64,000 nucleotides of DNA from Nitrospirales bacterium (GTDB lineage Bacteria > Nitrospirota > Nitrospiria > Nitrospirales > UBA8639), in NCBI GenBank assembly GCA_965203295.1, contig CBDBCZ010000017.1, forward strand, positions 1,888,001 to 1,952,000. The letters are read 5' to 3'. The notes under the pieces were generated by a model, which saw only the letters and a program-made list of their open reading frames with translations, had not been told where the DNA came from and did no database searches. The translations under genes and the position numbers were made by a program. Positions 1 to 26,045 of this stretch are shown here, in pieces; position 1 is the first letter of the stretch, and the number at the start of each line of letters is the position of its first letter.

Positions 1-218
1 GTACATGTAGTTTTCAGTTCTGTGTCTTTGGTGGTTTAATTACCCCGGCAGACTGATCCAGGCTAAGTTTGGGTGTAGCACGTTTCTCGTGTTTAGATGG
101 GGGAGAGGCCTATAATGAGAGAGTAATTACAGTTGGAATTGGCTGGGTCCTACTGGCAAGTGCTACTAGCGGGTTTAGTGGCTATATAAAGCTTGCCTAC
201 TGCTCCTCTGCCAAGGGG

Positions 219-292
219 GCTCCAGTAGTTCAATTGGTAAGAGCATCTGACTAGTATTCAGAAGGTCCTGCGTTCAATCCCCAGCTGGGTCC
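219..292 (+). pseudogene. tRNA-Thr(AGT)-like copy with D-stem and T-stem substitutions
   Basis: Same as 540-613 except GTTC in the D stem and CTGCG in the T stem. Confidence 0.5.
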
Positions 293-539
293 CGATTTTT
301 GGGATTTCTTTACTCTTTCACGAGTACTTAGTTTTCAGTTCTGTGTCTTTGGTGGTTTAATTACCCCGGCAGACTGATCCAGGCTAAGTTTGGGTGTAGC
401 ACGTTTCCCGTGTTTAGATGGGGGAGAGGCCTATAATGAGAGAGTAATTACAGTTGGAATTGGCTGGGTCCTACTGGCAAGTGCTACTAGCGGGTTTAGT
501 GGCTATATAAAGCTTGCCTACTGCTCCTCTGCCAAGGGG

Positions 540-613
540 GCTCCAGTAGCTCAATTGGTAAGAGCATCTGACTAGTATTCAGAAGGTCCTGGGTTCAATC
601 CCCAGCTGGGTCC
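540..613 (+). tRNA. tRNA-Thr(AGT)-like RNA inside a repeat unit (may be tRNA-derived rather than a translational tRNA)
   Basis: Cloverleaf: D stem GCTC/GAGC, anticodon stem TCTGA/TCAGA with loop CT-AGT-AT, T arm CTGGG-TTCAATC-CCCAG, acceptor GCTCCAG/CTGGGTC (one mismatch). A T-run follows, and TATATAAA lies about 30 nt upstream. Confidence 0.55.
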
Positions 614-1368
614 CGATTTTTTCGGGATTTCTTTACTCTCTCAGAGAGCTTTCTTCTCTTGAAGAGTTCACGATGTACAGTACATTGCTTAATTTATTGG
701 TATGCATGACCTTGTGCAAAAGAATGGTGAGGGTGTGATATTCTTTAAAGTTAGCTGTTGACTAACCTCAAACAAAACTTTCCCCCAGCTATCACATGGG
801 TAGGGGGTAGATTATCTCTCATGATGTTGTGAAGAACCTGTAACTGTGTTTTCAATCAGCTACCATGTACTTTTAAATGAAGAAAGTCCTCTCTCTTCAA
901 GCATAGCTGATGACAGCGTTGCACTTTCATCCATCTGCAGGGCAGATACATGGTCTGTGTTTTTCTGAGGAGAGCCAGTGTCAAGAGACTGGTCACTTGT
1001 TGAATAGGTAAGGCATGTAGTAGGTTCAGCACATAAAAAATAGCTCTCACAAGAAGTATCATGCATACCTGGTAATTCCTGTGGTCAGAGAATGTACATT
1101 TGTCTCTAAACCTCCTGAAGGCCGGCCAGTTTACATGTACTCTGTTGCCAGAGCCTGCTGGCTTTTTTTACATATGTATGCAATATTACTATTGTGTGTG
1201 TGTATTATACACTTGTCTAGCCCCGTACCCAAGCCCCTCCCACCCCGAAAAGGGCCTGGTTCCCACTGTTTGCGTATGCGCGAGGTAATTGTGAGAATGT
1301 GAACGGTCTTAGTCATATGGCCAGGAACACTACGGAGACAGCATACGAGTGTTGAAAGCTGAAGACTA

Positions 1369-1778
1369 AACAAGTCCTGACGTTGCATGTCTAAAAACCA
1401 GCCGGGCGTCTTTCCGGTACAATACACACAACTCATCCTAATAGGCTAAGCTAACTGCAGCTCTAGAACTACAAATAATATTACAGTAACTACTGGTATG
1501 CTACAGCGAAAGTGCTGAGTCGGCAGTTTCGTCGTGCGTTTCCAGCTAGTAACTACATGCCACGAAAACAGGATATTTACGGCTGCCTACCAAGTTTTCG
1601 CCATCTAAGCAACACACAACTACCTTCACTTGCTGTAGCTTGGCCTGCAAACCTCCAAAAGCAGCTATACACGGCAGTTGCATAGTAACGTATAACGTAA
1701 TATATTGCGCACGTGATAAGTGCGGACGCACAAACAAACAAACAGACAGACGTGGAAAACGTAAAGCAATCTTAGGAC
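1369..1778 (-). mobile_element. Helentron/DINE-1-like non-autonomous element (HINE family A), 5'-truncated
   Basis: Homologous to 61918-62365. Confidence 0.75.
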
Positions 1779-1878
1779 TGTGAGCTGCTCGATTTTCAAT
1801 TGCAGATGTGGCCTTCTAGGCTTTTCAGCGGCCCAGTGGAATCGAAGTTTAAACTACTGAACACTTTCTAGGCATCTA

Positions 1879-2309
1879 CTGTATTTCCGCGATCAGACAC
1901 TGCGGCTACTAATTATTTCATCACGCAATTTTCTGCGGCCACTATTCAAGGGCGGCCACTAATCGAGGGTGGCGTTTATTAGATTGAGCAGTTTACTGGC
2001 TACACAGCAATGCATAACAGCAGTTCAAATCCGTTTCAAAATCACCGTTCGTGCCTCAACACTGTCAAAAAGCCGTCATGTTACAATGCCAGCTGTTTTT
2101 GGGGAGAGATATCGTTTCGCGGGCAGCCTTCGTCGGGCTCCAATCCCTTCGCAATCTCGAAGAAAGACAAAGGTGAAGTCTGATAACTGTTAGCTCGCAA
2201 AGTCAAGCATTACTCTACTTTTACTGTAGGTACTACATCTTCCAACCACGATACTTGAATTTTAGCCGCGTCTACTAATTGGGGGCGGCGTCTGATTGTG
2301 GAAATACGG
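1879..2309. mobile_element. Tc1/mariner-pogo-type MITE
   Basis: TA|CTGTATTTCCGCGATCAGAC ... GTCTGATTGTGGAAATACGG|TA. Confidence 0.7.
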
Positions 2310-2632
2310 TACTTACGAAAATATCACTACAGGCGCTATTTTCATTCATAACACGGAAACATTAACGAATTCATAACCAAACATCACGTCATTAGCGCAC
2401 AGATACAATGTATAACACAGTAGTACACGATTTACCCAGATTTCTGGTGAATAAATGAGCATGCACAAACAGTGGATACCAGGCTCACTTTCGATTGGGG
2501 TGGGAGGGGCCTGGGTATGAGGCTAACACTCGCCCTTTGTTGTGTGCAGATCTACAATTTTTGGGTTACAAAACTCTCCATGAATGCAGTATGCTGATAG
2601 TTATAGATTGTACCCTCTCTCTCTCATTGCAG

Positions 2633-5600
2633 TCTCAGTACCCTGATGGCCAATGGCCACTTTGATGCCCACAGTATTGCTCTGGGCATGAGAAGCAGCA
2701 GTTCTCCAGCCCTGAAACTGGAGACGGTAAGTGAAGGAATTGACTTAACTCTCATTCATTGTGTACATGTACACTGCACCATTAAGTTTAGCGGGAAATT
2801 TTTGAATGGTGAAGACTTTTGGGCATGTTGAATGATAGAATTACAATTTTTGAACGATCTTCCAGAGTCCAGTGGACTTCTATGCGTCTCTCTGCATCTT
2901 TTAGTTCTGTAGTTGACAAAGCATGCTCTCAACTTCAGATGAGAGCACAGGTAGTGATTGCATCATACAGGCATGGCTCCCACATGGGGGGTGTTAGCGA
3001 CAAGCTGAGCTGATTAGTTGTACCTCCAATTTCAGGCATAGTCTAAGCCTGTACTTACAGAATCTCAAAGCTTAGTCAGTTGTATCTGTGTACTGTGTGT
3101 GTAAGCTGAGATGAGACTGCAAACTAAAGCCTAGCTTGACTAGAAATCCACACTCTCAACCCTTCCGACTATGGAAGTCTTCACCCTTTAGCAAGCAGCT
3201 GCCCCTGAATGTAAAGGTGTCTATACAACTGCAAAACAGTACAGGCACGCTCAGACTGTAGCCTAGCTCTTCACAACTATAGCTCATCGTACATGTATAA
3301 GGCAAAAGGCACTGACTCCATTTAATGCACATCGCCATGGTTAGTCTAGCTTGCATTGCACTTATAGCTCTGCATGGTTTTCACTTATACCACTACCGTA
3401 GAGTACGTATCAAGCGCCCACGGGCGGGGAACCTTAGAATGCAGCGGAAGAGGGGGGTGGGCGCTTACTACGTATTCGTCCGCAAACATAATGTAGTATC
3501 CGCCCACCACCCTGGAAGTGAGGAATCTTCACCATAATATATTTTCTAACATAACATCATACTAGCCAGGTGAGCTAAACTTATATCTAAAGTACAGTGA
3601 GCGAAATCAAGTAGTAAAATTCGATCTTTAATGTGCTTTAATTAGAATACCGACGGTAAGTCAGCTAGTTACTTTGTATAATTATTTCGCAGTTATCTGC
3701 ATGCTTTTATAGCTATTCTAATACATATGCTTCAATAATTGATTAAAGAAGGCTACACTTACCTTGTTTCCTCACTTCACATCGTGTATTTGCAACGCAT
3801 TTGAGTGGGCAGATACTACGTGAATAAACGTGTACACCCCTTGCAGGAAGTTGACACTGAAGAGGGGGGTGGGCGCTTAATACATGGTGGGCACTTGATA
3901 CGTACTCTACAGTATATACGCAGTAGCCCCTTCCTGGTACTTTGTGATACATGCACTTGAGACCTTCAGGATGAGCATTCCAGCGATGAAAGTACACGGT
4001 ACTCATATGATGACGTCACAGTCTTTTTGCGTATTCTCGCTCAATCGCGCGCATCATATTACATCCGTTACACACAGACAAACTATAAGTAAAGTATTGA
4101 TTGAGAACAGTAACTGCAGCATGTCACATTCCGAGATGATAAGCTTTCTGAGTGAGTAATGAAAACTCCCCCTCGGGACGAGCTGGGGATTTAATTAACC
4201 CAGGACCTAGTCAGATGCTCTTTACCACTGAGCTATTAGAGCCCCTTGGCTGAGGAGCAGTAGGCACGCTTTATATACACCTGTAGCCACTAAACCCGCT
4301 ATAGTATCACTTGTCAATAGGGCCCAGCCTCTCGTATGTGAGGTACTGGTCACCAAAACCCATCCTAATCAAGGTATCGTTAAATTTCATGAACTACTCG
4401 TGCGTTTTGCTTACTCTCAAAATATAAGCATCAGTCATGAACTAGCTCCTTTACATTTATGAATCTCATCCCCAGCAACACCAGCAGCTACCGCTCGGTG
4501 GCCACCCGAAGGCAGAAGTCTTGGAGATGCTGGAGAGTGCAGGCAGGGGCTACCTCAACCAGCCCTTCAGTGATGATGCCAGCAGCCAGGAGAGCTTACA
4601 CTCCGAGACCATCTCCTTCACTGCTCCGTCCACTGAGCACAACCACCAGCACCATAAAGATGTTTCCCGCAAGCAGAGGAGCTCCAGCTCTCGGAGATCG
4701 TCTGAGCCTGTAACCGGTTTTCAGTCGAAGAGTAAAGGCAAAAAGAATCAAGAAAAGGAGAAGAGAAGGACAATTGCTGCCAGGTCTACTTCTCCAAAGG
4801 AAGCAAATTTGCCAGCACTCCCAGAGCAGCAGAATGGCTCCAACAGATACAGGGCTGTCTCTCCCAAACAGCCCCAACAGTCCCGAAAGCAATTTCGCAA
4901 CCCACTCCAGCAGGCGGCTAGTTTCGATGCCGTCAACAGCTCCCAAACAAGAGATTCCAGCCGTACAAAACAAGGCTGCAACAGCTCCCTCCCTGGTAGC
5001 CGCTCGTCTAGTCCCTTCTACGAGCAGAGTAATCTGCAAAAGGGCTTGGAGTCGGCAAGAACACCACAGGGACCGACTCTCGCTAGTAGTCCGGATTTAT
5101 CCTCCAGTTCTGATATGGTTTCCAAGAAACTTTTCAGTCCCGATCCGTCATCAGTCACCACTTACAGCACCCGCAGTGCAACCGTACGTGCTACATCTCC
5201 CACTCCCTCAACCCTTCGAACTCTCTTTTCACAGGCATCTACAGGAAGTACGAGTACTTTCATAGGCTCAAGTTCATTCCCACCGCCCCTGAAGGCAATA
5301 TCTCTGGCAGAGGTCGAAAACCAGATGAAGGTAGAGGTACCCAGTCCGGAAAGTGTCAACCCAGTCTCGCTCTTTGGCTCTTCAGCAAAATCCGAGAGTG
5401 GGGCTCGCATCACGTCCGAGGAAAGACAGCAGTTACTGCTACAACCTTCGGCATTCACTGCAGTAAGCTTGGCATCACTTGAACAGCAAGCACTCTCCGG
5501 GACCCACTCGAGCAGTGCTTCTACTGTTGGCCCTAGCATCTCAGTTTCCCAAAGCAGTAGTGAAATCAGTAGAGAGACCACTCCACCACCCCGCCTTCCT

Positions 5601-6526
5601 GCTGCTATTCTGACTGCTGTGCAGCCAGTAGCCATCTCAGTCCAGCCCCCAACACCCATAGTGACTGAATCCTATCCACTGAGTGCCCCCAGTGGGTTCA
5701 TCACACAAGTATCTTCGCCACAGGCATTTCCCGCCATCCCACCTCTAATCAACTCGCCAGGCATGCGTGCTGCTCCTCTCGTAAACCACAAACAACAACC
5801 AGTGGAGGAGGAGAAACAAATGAAGGCTAAAGGCCGGCCTGCTCTGGTAGAACAAACTCCTGAACTAGTCCCTGTGACATCCCTGCACAATTTGCATCTT
5901 AGCACCAATGTGTCAACTGAGCCCAAGCTTGTTGAACACAGTACCCCTTCCGACCCTGCTGTGCTACAGAGTCGAGAGACCTCCTCTCCTGCTTTTGACA
6001 CCCAGTCATTCCTGTCTTCATCACTTGACAGTGGGGTTGGAGGAGTAAGTGATACATGTAATTATGCAGATATCACTTCCATATTTAGGGAAGGGATATT
6101 CCCCTTCTGAGAGCACACGCCATGGACCATTCTCTCCCCTCCCTCTCTCCTTATCCCCTCCCTCCTCCCACCTTCCCAGGGTCACCCTCCTCACTCAGCA
6201 CTGGCAGCTTCTGCCCTCATGTCTCCTCTTCAGTTCAGAAGCAAGACTAGCAGCGGTAGGATCCCAGCCGACGGCATTACCAGCCTCAACAGGGAGCAGT
6301 TCAAACTTGCGTTGCTGCAACTCGTACAGGCACGTTGTATTGTATTTTTGATTGCACACTAAACGTCTGTGTATCATGTGAGATATTGGCAGAATACATT
6401 GAGTAATACGAGTGGAATACTAATTTTATTCATTGCTTGATCTATCTGCAGCACGATGAAGACTTTGTTACCTCTCTGCACAAGGCTTATCAACAGATGC
6501 TCTCTACCCCTTCCGGTTCTCAGTGA
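2633..6526 (+). CDS. DCP1: mRNA-decapping enzyme subunit 1 (DCP1A/B-like), 3' part; the EVH1 exons presumably lie upstream of the window
   Basis: Phase-consistent exons 2633-2726, 4476-6044, 6180-6329, 6452-6526 (TGA). They encode EVLEMLESAGRGY (resembles metazoan DCP1 motif I), a long Ser/Pro-rich disordered region and C-terminal LNREQFKLALLQLVQHDEDFVTSLHKAYQQML (resembles the DCP1 trimerisation domain). The last intron needs a GC donor (CAG|GCACGT at 6330). Confidence 0.85.
3396..3912. mobile_element. Tc1/mariner-pogo-type MITE (family D)
   Basis: TA|CCGTAGAGTACGTATCAAGCGCCCAC ... GTGGGCACTTGATACGTACTCTACAG|TA. A second copy lies at 20184-20691. Confidence 0.85.
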
Positions 6527-7000
6527 TCATGCATTCTTCTGGTCCATTCTGAATGTTTCAAGTATTCTGTCAATGTTGTCATGTTCCTTTTTGATATAAT
6601 ACAAACTTGTACTTTTATATTTTTCGTGTTCTCGACTGCATACGTTTGTCCACTGTTGTTTTCTCCCTTGCTTTGTTTTTCTCACCACGTTCGTTTTTTA
6701 CAAAAATGCTTATCCCCCACACAACATATGTAATGTGCGTCATCTGTTCAATCACAGACCATCATCACTATAATTTCGTTATTTACACTAGTTTATGTAC
6801 TTTTATTTATTGTTTTGGCTTTTGTCTTCTCTTTCTTGCCCCCCCCCCCTTTTCCTCCCCCTTGCCCTTTGTCTGTCTCCATCCCCTCTCTTTCTTTTCT
6901 CGGCGTTTCTTAACGCCATTAAACCTCCAAAAGGAGTCACCTAGTACTTGCTGCTCTATCAGGCATCTGCCTGTATATACGTGTGTGTGTGTGTGTGTGT

Positions 7001-7446
7001 GTCGCGGTGGTGTAGTGGTTAAAACACTGGACTCACAAACCAAGGGTTGGTGGTTCAGTGGTTAAAACACTGGACTCACAACCCAAGGGTTGGTGGTTCC
7101 AATCCCACTGTGACTACTGGTGACTAAATATTCTTTCCATCATTTATTTGGTGGTACCATCTTATGTCACCAGTACACACCAGCCCACCCGGTACCTGGC
7201 ATTTGCTGGGGTGCAAATTCGACTGACTGCTCTCATATATCAGCTTTGGCCCAGGTGGGACTTCGGGTGCCCACACCAGATGCTGAGAGAAGCAGTCAGT
7301 CCTGCGAGCTCCTAGCCCGGCTCCAGGAGTTTGCCAGCACTGGCTCAGAGTGCTTGCTTAGTGCACAAGCAGCCTGGCTTTGCCAGCTCAGGTGCGTGTG
7401 ACCGCTTATAATTAGCGGCAGCAACAGAATTTGTGTGTGTGTGTGT
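7001..7446 (+). mobile_element. tRNA-derived SINE with (GT)n tail
   Basis: tRNA-like head (GGTGTAGTGGTTAA A box, CT-CAC-AA loop, GGTTCCAATCCC B box) with an internal duplication of about 37 bp, a unique body and a (GT)n tail. A (GT)n tract also precedes it. Confidence 0.7.
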
Positions 7447-8368
7447 GCTACAAGGCTAGTAACAATTTGGAGCCCCAGTGATTCAATCCTACCTATATAG
7501 CTGTCAAGCTGCATTCTTGAAATACCGAATACTATAAGCATCAGTAACAGCCCTTGTTACATGTCTTCCTGGAGTGTAATATGAGTACCAGGCACCTTCC
7601 TGTTTGAATATGTAGAAGTGTCCATGAATTAACTATGCCTATAGCTGGAAAAAATGGGTGAAAAGATACCAAGTGGCTCATCTGGTAAGTGCATGGTCTC
7701 ACACTCCTAGCCAGGCTGGGAATTGTACATGTGGTGGGTAATGGCACTGAGATACTATATTCCACCCAGGAAGTATCTCTGGTAATGGTAGTGCAGGCAT
7801 AATAATATTACAGTGGGTAGTCATGGTTCCCAGAGTAAAAGTAGGTACTTTTCGGTGAGTGAGTGTACGAGGGTCTGGGAACGAGACTAGGGTAAGACGA
7901 ATTAAATTAAATTATTTAATTTTTGAGCTACAACTCCTTCGAAGTTATAATTTTTGGACAGACAATCTGTCCAAAGAAGTGTATACCTTCAGTGCATACT
8001 GTACCAGCTCACTTATTATCCGCAGCGCCGATCCCTTAACAAAGTAGGCTGGCTCCAGCTAGTTTAGTCTACTCGCGAGCCAGACTACCGCAAAGAGGAT
8101 TAATTAATTAGTGCAAGCGGAAGTGGGCTGGCCCGCGAGGCGTAGTCGAGTCTCGCTCTCGTCAGTCTCGTGCGTAACAGCCGTGCACGCCCTCCCGCAC
8201 TCTGGCTCTTGATCGAGCGTGGCCGGTAAGACGCCGACCACGTACCGGCCAGGCCAAGCCAGGCCAGGTGGCAGGCGCCCAACTCTCTCTGGCGAGTCTA
8301 GCCGCGCCGAGACGCCGACACGCGCTACGTACGTACGCGTACGCGTGCATGCTAGCTAGCTAGCTATA

Positions 8369-8399
8369 TAGTCTCGCGGGGTCTGGCCCCGCGAGACTA
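8369..8399. mobile_element. 31-bp hairpin micro-MITE with perfect 9-bp TSD
   Basis: CTAGCTATA|TAGTCTCGCGGGG-TCTGG-CCCCGCGAGACTA|CTAGCTATA. Confidence 0.75.
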
Positions 8400-9372
8400 C
8401 TAGCTATACGCCTACACGCGCGCTATTGTCCATGATCTGAACACGCCGATAGCACGTGTGCGTGTTACTTAGTACATGTCAGTCAATCCGCTGGTGGTTA
8501 ACGCGTACATATAAATTCGACTTTTTTATTTGCACTTCCGGGAGCCGTACGTTAGCCCCGCCCCCACCGGACACAAAGTGGAAAAAGCGGCACCGCTACT
8601 CCTTCACAGCTGTAGCTTTACTCCTTCACTTTCACCCAACCTCAGTTACAGACTTTAGCAAGCGTTACCAGTACTTTCACCTCACCCCCTCGAGTTCCGC
8701 AACCACTGAGCGCCAACAGCGAAAACAGCACGATAGTTGGACCCTCCCACAACGAGTTCCACCCCTTCCGGGTAAGCCGGCAATTAGGGGGCTGTCCCAA
8801 ACCCGTTTAGCCTTGTCGCCCTACTACCAAACTCCAGTACATGACAGTAACAGAATTGGTCTTCTGGAAACGCTACTCAGAACCTGTGTTCTTGGAATTA
8901 ACTCATGCAATAGACCTCAACTCTCTAGCACACAAATTACAGCTTTGTGAGGTGACTTTTGATTACTTATCACCACACAGGAGCAGTCCACGGTAGCATA
9001 CAGTCCTCGGCACAATGGCAACAACATTGGTATGTCATGCATTGCACTTGAGAGTGCAAGGACAAAAGTATATATAATATTAAACTATTACGCCAGGATA
9101 ATCTGCCACATCTGTGATAGTTGTGAAGGTCATCAGGACTGGCACAGCTGTACCTGAGTGTAGTGAGGGCGTGGGGTGGGTGTGCGGTTGGTGTGGGGTG
9201 GGTGTGCATACATATAATTTATTATGCAGCATGTGTTATATTGAAATGTGAGACATTAAATTAATTTTCCACTTCCGTGATAGTTAATTGTGAAGGTCAT
9301 CAGGACTGGCACAGCGGTACCTGAGAGTAGTGTGGGTGTGGGTGTGGGGTGGGTGTGCATACATATTATTTA

Positions 9373-9940
9373 CCGTATAGCAGGAAATTTTCGCTAGGGG
9401 AAAACTTCGCCAAACTCAGACTGATGTGTAGTATTGCGTAAAAATTTCACCAGATTGATTTTCACGCACATGTGATTTGGCAAAATTAAATTCCACGACA
9501 TTCTTAACAGCAGTTTAGCAGTCTCGAGCAGCTTGGAAAAGTGTCTTGCTGCCGCGGAATCTCCGTTCTCACTAGCGATTTGGACTTCAGTTCATTACTT
9601 AGCTTCATATAAGGCCCTCTATGTAGCCTCTTCTTGGTGCCGAGCATTGGTAATGGCTTCCGCAATCGCCGGCGCCGACGATGGCAACGAAGATGACAGC
9701 GGCCCCATTGGATCAGGGAGCTGTGCACATGGCAGAATCTGCAAATAACGCAGCAGAGCCACACCGGTAGTCGATAGTGAGCTTAACTTTCGCAGCTGCA
9801 TGCTACCGTTGACTATGTGTCAAAATTTCACTGGTCAAAATTTTTACTCGACAAAATTTTACCGGTTAAATTTTTGCCACTTGAATTGACTGGCGAAATT
9901 GGCGAAAATTTACCCCTGGCGAAAATTTCCCGCTATACGG
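9373..9940 (-). mobile_element. pogo-like MITE carrying a decayed transposase N-terminus
   Basis: TA|CCGTATAGCAGGAAATTTTCGC ... GCGAAAATTTCCCGCTATACGG|TA. Broken minus-strand frames read ALLRYL..LPDPMGPLSSSLPSSA..RGPYMKLS..ASENGDSAAARHFS. Confidence 0.75.
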
Positions 9941-10019
9941 TATTTTGAAGCATGTGTTGTATTGAAATGTGAAACAGTGAATTAATTTCCCTAGAAAACA
10001 CCACCACCTAAGGCCAGAG

Positions 10020-11176
10020 GTAAACACCAGAGTGGACCATGCTCACTTTGCCAGCAAGATTCTACTCGGTATTTCCGTGTAACAAACTGGTCACAAGAGA
10101 AGCTTGCTTACTTGGAAGTACACAGAAGGGACAGAATGCATGCTCCATATATGCAGAGCTTGTGAACACTGCATTTCACAACATTTCAACGATCCATTGT
10201 ACATACCACGCTGGGAAAGGGATACTGGCAATCCATCGGGCCAGCAAACTCCCTGTGCAATAGAAGGATGTGACATGCAGGGAGCAATCCGGGGTTCTGG
10301 CAAGCCTTGCATACCAAGTGGCCTGCAAATCAGAAGTACGACCTCAGACATTATCTTTTGTCCCTACCACTACCACTTAACCTATAGGCACACACATGCA
10401 AAAACAGTAGAGTGCTGTAAAACGTGCAAAGCAAAGCCTAAGCGGGGAGAAACATACAGCAGGCACTGTCCTAATCCACCAGTGGTAGAAAAGTATCTAC
10501 AAGTGATAAAGGGCTTTCCAGAAACTGTAACAAGCAGTGGTGGTTTGCTACGAATGTTACAGAAAGTTTTCAGAGCTTGTGTTTACGCTCAATCTCTTCA
10601 ACGCTCCCATTAATGACAAGAGTGACCCCACAGTGAATGGCATCAGTACCGATGCTGAGCTTGACACACTTTTACAAGGCCTACACAGTAGACTCCTCAC
10701 CGTTCCAGAACGGGTAGAATCTAGCCTATCTGACTATGGCTGGAGTATAACTGAGGATGGGGGTCTAAAAATCGAGTGGGACACAGAAGAACATGTACTA
10801 GCCCTAAGAAACCAAGTACAGCATTTGATTAGGGGTTGCAAGTGTAAAAAGGGCTGTCAAAATAACCAGTGTGGATGCAGACGAAAACAACAAAACTGTG
10901 GACCTGGCTGCTTATGTCTTAACTGTTGCAACTCACCAAATTCAGCAGATGGAGGCAATTCAGTGAATCCAGCTGACCCTTGTAGCTCCAGCAGCCAACC
11001 TTTGGCAATCCCATCAGAAGTGAGCCTTTATGAGTAGGAAGAATTCGAACAAGAAATGATAATTGCTGAAGAAATTGTATTGTGCAGCGAATCAGAAGAT
11101 TTGGCTAGTGATGCAAGCTTTTGTAACTCTGACGTCTCACAGGATGTTGATAGTGAAGAGGAACTACTATATTAAT
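10020..11176 (+). pseudogene. Internally deleted, frameshifted transposon protein with C-terminal Cys-rich (CXC/Cys8) domain, Academ-like
   Basis: Overlapping broken ORFs 10104-10613 and 10537-11037 with CxxC motifs, YGWSITEDGGLKIEWD and CKCKKGCQNNQCGCRRKQQNCGPGCLCLNCCN. An acidic tail continues past the in-frame TAG. Confidence 0.55.
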
Positions 11177-11696
11177 AGATTCACAAAATCCTATGGTACC
11201 ATGTGGAGTTGTCCCAAACCCGTTTAGACACTTGCAACCAAACTCTCACTTACACTACTACTACTTTAGTGTATAATGTTAATACCTACGCGCACATTAC
11301 CTGTGTTATGTAACTCCATCCTCCAAATTGAAACAGCAACGCTACAGCGCTTCCGCGGCTTCAAAACTGTACTTGAAACAGCCTCCGCTAAACTGCTCGT
11401 AAAATAATCAATCACGTCGACTGAACACCACTCGTGACTGAAAATGGCATATTTCTTTCCAATTAGCCATGATACAGTCTCAGATGATCACGGACGTTGC
11501 TCACAAACGCCGAGAAACTGCAGCACCCAACCAACCACGTGGCACGGCCATTTTGTAATTACGTCATTTTCGCGTTTGCAAATAAAATTGCGATAATCGC
11601 ACCACCGGCGGATTGACTGATGTACACTAAGCAAGTTATTGATCATAATTCCACGCTAATTGAAATCGCGAGCCCGTTTGCAGACTCACCAGTATT

Positions 11697-26045
<14,349 letters not shown>

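Larger units (their letters stand above)
10..678 (+). repeat. Two tandem 321-bp units of a tRNA-carrying repeat
   Basis: 10-330 is nearly identical to 331-651. A dispersed near-identical copy lies at about 15385-15693 (-) and a decayed copy at about 4130-4330 (-). Confidence 0.9.
1218..2525. mobile_element. TAG..CTA terminal-inverted-repeat element with 9-bp TSD (Academ-like, non-autonomous), containing nested elements
   Basis: Imperfect TIRs of about 60 bp (TAGCCCCGTACCCAAGCCCCTCCCACCCC / GGGGTGGGAGGGGCCTGGGTATGAGGCTA). Flanks ACACTTGTC / ACACTCGCC. Confidence 0.7.

Noticed and set aside
69..575. Repeated 61-aa ORFs (MGVARF...), also at 15452-15637
   Set aside because: They start at TTG and run into the tRNA-like sequence; they are by-products of the repeat.
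10..678. Hammerhead ribozyme in the tRNA-carrying repeat
   Set aside because: I could not find a CTGANGA...GAAA core with supporting stems on either strand by eye.
4596..6001. Minus-strand and alternate-frame ORFs over the large DCP1 exon
   Set aside because: Shadows of a real coding exon with no recognisable motifs.
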